A DNA stretch of 64,000 bases. Origin: Vulcanimicrobiota bacterium (GTDB lineage: Bacteria; Vulcanimicrobiota; Vulcanimicrobiia; Vulcanimicrobiales; Vulcanimicrobiaceae). The stretch spans positions 29,410 through 93,409 of the forward strand of contig JAFANA010000103.1 of NCBI GenBank assembly GCA_019232905.1, written 5' to 3'. A program made the position numbers and the translations under genes. Each line of letters opens with the position of its first letter. The stretch's first letter is position 1. Below, piece after piece: positions 59,956 to 64,000 of the stretch. A model generated the notes under the pieces. The model was not told the origin of the DNA. It was given only the letters and a program-made list of their open reading frames with translations, and did not search any database.

Positions 59956-61818
59956 TCACGACGCAGACTTGACCCAAGCTTCGAAATCGGGGAGCGCGAG
60001 CGGCGGCGAAACGGCCGTGCCCTGCAGGACGTCACAGCCCTCGTCCGCCAGCCACCGCGCTTGATTCGCGCGCTCGATGCCTTCGGCGTAAACGATGCAG
60101 CCGCGCGAATGACCGAGCGAGATAATTGCGCGAGCGATCGCGCGGTCACCGGCATCGTCCGGAAGACCCCGCATGAAGCTTCGATCGATCTTGATTTCAT
60201 CGACGGGTAAATCTTTAAGATAACGCATTGAGGAGTATCCCGTGCCGAAGTCGTCCAACGCGAATTTTACGCCCCATGCTCGGCAAACGTGCATTGTTCG
60301 CAGCGTGTACTCGATGTTTTGCACGGCAACGGTCTCAGTCAACTCCAAGATCAACGCTTGCGGCGGCAGATTCGCGGCTTCGAGCGCAGATCGAATGCGA
60401 GCGAACAACGCCGCGTCGCGAAATTGCTGAAGCGAAACGTTCACCGACACTTCAAGGTCGCGGGATGTTCGCCACCGGGCACACGCCTGCGTGGCCTCGC
60501 GTAACACCCACTCGCCGACGCTTGCAATGGTTCCGTCGGATTCCAGGAGTGGAATGAACTCGTCGGGTGCGATCAAGCCGTATTTTGGGTGCATCCAACG
60601 CAGCAGCGCCTCGGCTGAAACGAGGCGGCGCGTGCGGCTGTTGATGCATGGCTGGTAGAACAGCACGAATTGACCGCCCGGGAGCGCGTACCGGACGTCG
60701 TCACGTAAGTCACGCAGGCGAAGCATAAACGCGTCCGGCTCTCCGCTGACGAGTGCCGCCGCATCGTGGAAGCCCCCGCGCGCGCGACGAACGTTCTCGT
60801 CGCACCGCGCAAGCAAGGCATCTACGGTTGCACCGTCATTCGGATAGATCGCGACGCCGGCCGTCGCCGTTATATAGATCGTCGTGTGTTCGATCATGAA
60901 AGGCTCGACGAGCGCCTCCAGCATCTCGTACGCCAACTCTTCGGCGAGGAACGTATCGGCATCGAGGGCGATCAAAACGAACCGGTCGGACCGGATGCGG
61001 AACAGCAGCCGGTTTCGGGCGCGTTCTTCGAATCGCCGCGCGAGCTGAACGATAAGCGCATTCCCGATGCGCGCGCCATACTGCGAATCGATTTCGTGGA
61101 ACCTATCCAGATCGAGCGCGACGACGGCAACGCGACCGCCTCGAATGTACGCCGAAGCAATGGCGTCGTCACAGAGACTGAGAAACCGCTCGAAGTTCGG
61201 CAAGCCCGTTACCCGGTCGCGCGTGCGCATCACCGCCAAGCGCTCTTCGAGACCGAGTTGCACGGAAACACGAGCGCGCACTTCCCGACGTCGGGAGAGG
61301 ATCGTTGCGACGCCGACGGCACCGGCAAGAATACAGGCGATAATCACGCTTCCAAACGGACCTGCAAGGCTCGCCGTCTGCAGATTTCCCGTTATGTCGC
61401 TTTCCACAAACGCGCTAAGTATGAACGTTCCGAGCGCGAGGGCGAGGTCGAGAATCGTCGGCGCGACGATCGGCACGGCGAACGTCACGAGAATTGCACG
61501 CGACACAACGTACGGCGAAAAACCGTTGCGCGCAAGAAAGATGCCTTGCACGATGTAAAACGCAACGATCTCGAGTGCCAAGGGCCACTTTGCATACCGG
61601 CGTAATTTCGGGAAGACGATCATCGGGACGGAAAGGATGATTGCTGCAACGGAAAACACGAGGCGCAACCGCAACGGCTCGGTGCCCGGAGGAGCGCCCA
61701 AGAAATTTGCCAGCGGGTACACGGTCGCAAGGAGTGCGGAGACGATCACGAAGCTGCGCCAGACGCGACGCTCATTCCAAGCGGAGACCGCTTCCTCTAG
61801 CTGCCGCTCGTCTATCAT
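59956..61818 (-). CDS. membrane-bound degenerate-GGDEF + EAL protein (c-di-GMP phosphodiesterase predicted)
   Basis: About 5-6 N-terminal TM helices. GGDEF domain has RSDRF in place of GGDEF (..LLFRIRSDRFVLIAL..). EAL domain has an intact EALLRW, DDFGTGYSS, KIDRSF, EGIE and QG. Confidence 0.9.
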   Translation of the reverse strand: MIDERQLEEAVSAWNERRVWRSFVIVSALLATVYPLANFLGAPPGTEPLRLRLVFSVAAIILSVPMIVFPKLRRYAKWPLALEIVAFYIVQGIFLARNGFSPYVVSRAILVTFAVPIVAPTILDLALALGTFILSAFVESDITGNLQTASLAGPFGSVIIACILAGAVGVATILSRRREVRARVSVQLGLEERLAVMRTRDRVTGLPNFERFLSLCDDAIASAYIRGGRVAVVALDLDRFHEIDSQYGARIGNALIVQLARRFEERARNRLLFRIRSDRFVLIALDADTFLAEELAYEMLEALVEPFMIEHTTIYITATAGVAIYPNDGATVDALLARCDENVRRARGGFHDAAALVSGEPDAFMLRLRDLRDDVRYALPGGQFVLFYQPCINSRTRRLVSAEALLRWMHPKYGLIAPDEFIPLLESDGTIASVGEWVLREATQACARWRTSRDLEVSVNVSLQQFRDAALFARIRSALEAANLPPQALILELTETVAVQNIEYTLRTMHVCRAWGVKFALDDFGTGYSSMRYLKDLPVDEIKIDRSFMRGLPDDAGDRAIARAIISLGHSRGCIVYAEGIERANQARWLADEGCDVLQGTAVSPPLALPDFEAWVKSAS

Positions 61819-61884
61819 CTTTGCTCACCCGCCCCTGCAGCTACCATTCAATAGGCAGGGAGCATTCACTTGTGCGAATGCAAT

Positions 61885-62658
61885 TTACGACATCGGCAGG
61901 CCGCCGCGGCTTGTCAGTTGCGTCGGCCAATGTCCGAATTGGCGCGGATGCGCTTTGAAGTACGATTCCAAGCGCGTGATGCGGTCCTTGGTTGACGGAT
62001 GCTGTTGTACGTACTGCTCGAAACCTGCATCGCCGTACATCGCCTCCGTCTCATTGAAGAACCAAACCGAGCCCCACGGGTTGAAACCGGCTTTAGCCGC
62101 ATACGTTGCGCCGTATTGATCCGCCTGATACTCCTGTTCGCGAGTAAATCCGAGGAACGTGTAATTGCCGGCGGTCTCCGCTTGCCCGACGGCTTTGTCC
62201 GAATTCGGTGAAAACGTCTTCGCAAGGGTATGCGAGATACTGAAAAACATATTCTTCTTTTGCTGTTGCTGCTCGCGAGCGCTCACGTGACCGAGTGCCA
62301 AATGCGCGGTCTCGTGGCCCAGGACGTTCGCCAACTCGTCGACGTTGTCGACGTTCCGCAACAGTCCCTCGTTCACGAACACGTAGCCGCCGGGAGCGGA
62401 GAACGCATTCATCTGGTTACCACGGATAACATAGAACCGTTCCACGTACCACTGAGGTCCGGCGGCTGCCGCGACGCGCGAACCGACACGCTGCAGCACG
62501 GCAGTGTAGGGCGAGTTCGTCACGACTTGATCGCGTTTGACGAGATCGTCATACACGCTCTTGCCCATTGCGGCATCTTGCGAGTGCTGGTCCGCGCGAG
62601 CAACTCCGTTTACGATCGCGACCAGTGCGATCAGGGCCAGCAGGATTCGTCCGGTCAT
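61885..62658 (-). CDS. secreted M48-family Zn metalloprotease
   Basis: ORF 61885..62838 trimmed to MTGRILLALIALVAIVNGVARA (ATG 62658, ATGA overlap with the upstream gene). HExxH in VLGHETAHLALGH, and a downstream EYQAD. Confidence 0.88.
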   Translation of the reverse strand: MTGRILLALIALVAIVNGVARADQHSQDAAMGKSVYDDLVKRDQVVTNSPYTAVLQRVGSRVAAAAGPQWYVERFYVIRGNQMNAFSAPGGYVFVNEGLLRNVDNVDELANVLGHETAHLALGHVSAREQQQQKKNMFFSISHTLAKTFSPNSDKAVGQAETAGNYTFLGFTREQEYQADQYGATYAAKAGFNPWGSVWFFNETEAMYGDAGFEQYVQQHPSTKDRITRLESYFKAHPRQFGHWPTQLTSRGGLPMS

Positions 62659-64000
62659 GCTTCTCCTCGCAGTTCGTGTAATATCTTTGCGGCCTCGTGG
62701 GCCAGCGCGTGCAACTCCTTCAAAACGATCGTTGAATAGCAGCTTCCATCCCGGCACTGTTTGCGTCCGAGACCGAGGAACCCGAGCAGCTGGCCGCGCA
62801 GCGGCATGAGCGCTGCGTACTCGCACACGAGGCCGCACGTATCCGGAAGTGGTCCGTCGCGCAACGCAGGCGGCTGCAACGTTTTCGGCAACGCTTTCTC
62901 ATCGATTTCGGGGGGCGATGCGACTGAGGGCGGCGCGGATACACTTGCGGCAAACCGATGCCCGTTACGATGGAAAAGATGCGCGAACTCAGCCTGCGCT
63001 GCCGAAAAGACCGTGTCCACGAGCATCCGTTCGAGTTCGGCGGCCTGCGTGAACAGCGTGATGCTGCGGCGGAAGTTCCTTAGGCGTTGCGCTCGCTTCC
63101 CGTCTTCCGCCATCAGCGACTCCGCAATCTTTTCGACCCCCAACTCTTCAATCGGCGAAAGGAGGACGGCGAGCACGAGCGCGATTGCGGCGCCTACGGC
63201 CAAGTCGACTGCCGGTCCCGGAAGAACATCGAGCGACAACCACCTCAAGAATCGTTCGAACGGCGCATCGAGCAGGTTGTGAACGCGTCCCTCGAGCGCG
63301 AAATAGCCGGCATAAAACGCAGCCGTCGCAACCGCATACGTCCACGCGCGTCGCGACGATCCACCCCGCTCGCGGAGATAGATCAGATATGCCGCGAGCA
63401 TCAGCCCGGCAACGATGAATATAAGCACACGTAGATCGGCTTCGTACGCGATAAACAGGACAAGGAAGGTTACGCCGTATACCAGCGCGCGTGACGAAGC
63501 GAACGCAACGTCGAAGATCCGCCCTCGCGTAATGGCAACGAACAACCCAATCACAAAGAGCAGCGTGCACGTGGCGTCGGCGAGCTGCAGTCCGAACACG
63601 GCGTACCCAGGCAACGGGATCAGGCGCAAAGCGAAATCGGCGGCGGTGCCCGCACCCAGGACGATGCACGAGATTGCAACGAGCAATAACCGCTGACGAT
63701 TCTCCGGCGACGCGATCAGCGCAGCGATGCCCGTCAGGACGATCGTCATGCGCCCGAATGCATCCGCGGCAAAATACGCGCGGTTACTCGCGAGCGCCAG
63801 CGGATCATCGACGAAACAGCCGCCCAGTGTACCCGCACAGTGACCCATCTGCCAAGTGTAGCCGAGGATGATTCCCGTGACGAAAATGAAGAGCGCGCAC
63901 GCCGGTGCGAGTATGTGTTCGACCAATGTAAACGCACGTGAGGCACGCCGGCCGTTGGCAAATGACGCACAAAGTGCGATGAAGCACGCCGTGCCGAGTG
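62655..64000 (-). CDS. multi-TM + cytoplasmic GAF-like domain protein (paralogous architecture to 43937..45763); probably continues past right edge
   Basis: ORF 62655..63926, but the frame stays open to position 64000 (..LGTACFIALCASFANGRRASRAFT-LVEHIL..). The GAF-like C-terminus is ..LMPLRGQLLGFLGLGRKQ....LKELHALAHEAAKIL. It shares the motif R.R..DV.F..SR.LVY with the other paralog. Confidence 0.65.
   Translation of the reverse strand, partial: LGTACFIALCASFANGRRASRAFTLVEHILAPACALFIFVTGIILGYTWQMGHCAGTLGGCFVDDPLALASNRAYFAADAFGRMTIVLTGIAALIASPENRQRLLLVAISCIVLGAGTAADFALRLIPLPGYAVFGLQLADATCTLLFVIGLFVAITRGRIFDVAFASSRALVYGVTFLVLFIAYEADLRVLIFIVAGLMLAAYLIYLRERGGSSRRAWTYAVATAAFYAGYFALEGRVHNLLDAPFERFLRWLSLDVLPGPAVDLAVGAAIALVLAVLLSPIEELGVEKIAESLMAEDGKRAQRLRNFRRSITLFTQAAELERMLVDTVFSAAQAEFAHLFHRNGHRFAASVSAPPSVASPPEIDEKALPKTLQPPALRDGPLPDTCGLVCEYAALMPLRGQLLGFLGLGRKQCRDGSCYSTIVLKELHALAHEAAKILHELRGEA

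Noticed and set aside
1-64000. Scanned for CRISPR arrays, tRNA/rRNA/tmRNA genes, transposases, integrases, phage genes, toxin-antitoxin pairs and known defence-system genes
   Set aside because: There are no regularly spaced direct repeats. The longest non-coding stretches (11461-11626, 11966-12200, 27583-27724, 34036-34166, 39203-39335) contain no tRNA-like GGTTCGAATCC T-arm or cloverleaf that I could see. No ORF has recombinase, transposase or typical defence motifs.

Overview
GC-rich bacterial chromosomal segment with strong G/C bias at third codon positions, many GTG/TTG starts, and tight gene packing with frequent ATGA/GTGA/TAATG start-stop overlaps. I can support about 60 protein-coding genes. 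I found no rRNA, tRNA or CRISPR array, and no transposase, integrase or phage genes. Content is mostly core metabolism and envelope functions. It includes thiO-thiS-thiG plus a rhodanese gene, a GH63-like glycosidase, ETF-ubiquinone oxidoreductase, an Lhr helicase, and a 2-oxoacid dehydrogenase cluster with two tandem E1-alpha genes. It also includes an ArsR/AHSA1/AHSA1/DUF899 operon, a GlxA/isochorismatase pair, a translationally coupled queD-queE-mqnB-mqnD-DUF1343 string, a long glcD-glcE-(YtpB-like terpene synthase)-M28-pepP-yfcH-csaA string, trxB, and c-di-GMP parts (PilZ, degenerate-GGDEF/EAL). An Omp85-type barrel, TonB-C-like proteins, a Tat signal and a lipobox point to a diderm-type envelope. 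The mqnB/mqnD genes indicate the futalosine route to menaquinone. Taxonomy cannot be assigned from the sequence alone. I did not find a clear new multi-gene system such as a defence island. The observations most worth following up are these. (1) A short dispersed repeat family (GTCATCCTGAGCYTGTCGAAGGA) sits at gene 3' ends; one pair forms an inverted composite around a bidirectional terminator, and two copies encode the last codons or stop codons of flanking genes. (2) Two paralogous multi-TM + GAF-like proteins have no output domain; one is fused to a PDZ domain, the other is translationally coupled to an M48 protease, and both lie near c-di-GMP genes. (3) The E1-alpha gene is tandemly duplicated while E1-beta and E2 are single. 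(4) Queuosine, futalosine and DUF1343 genes are mixed in one coupled operon. (5) A YtpB-like terpene synthase follows glcD/glcE, where a glcF would be expected. (6) Two gene remnants and several candidate operators are present. All functional calls come from motif and family recognition by eye, not from database searches.
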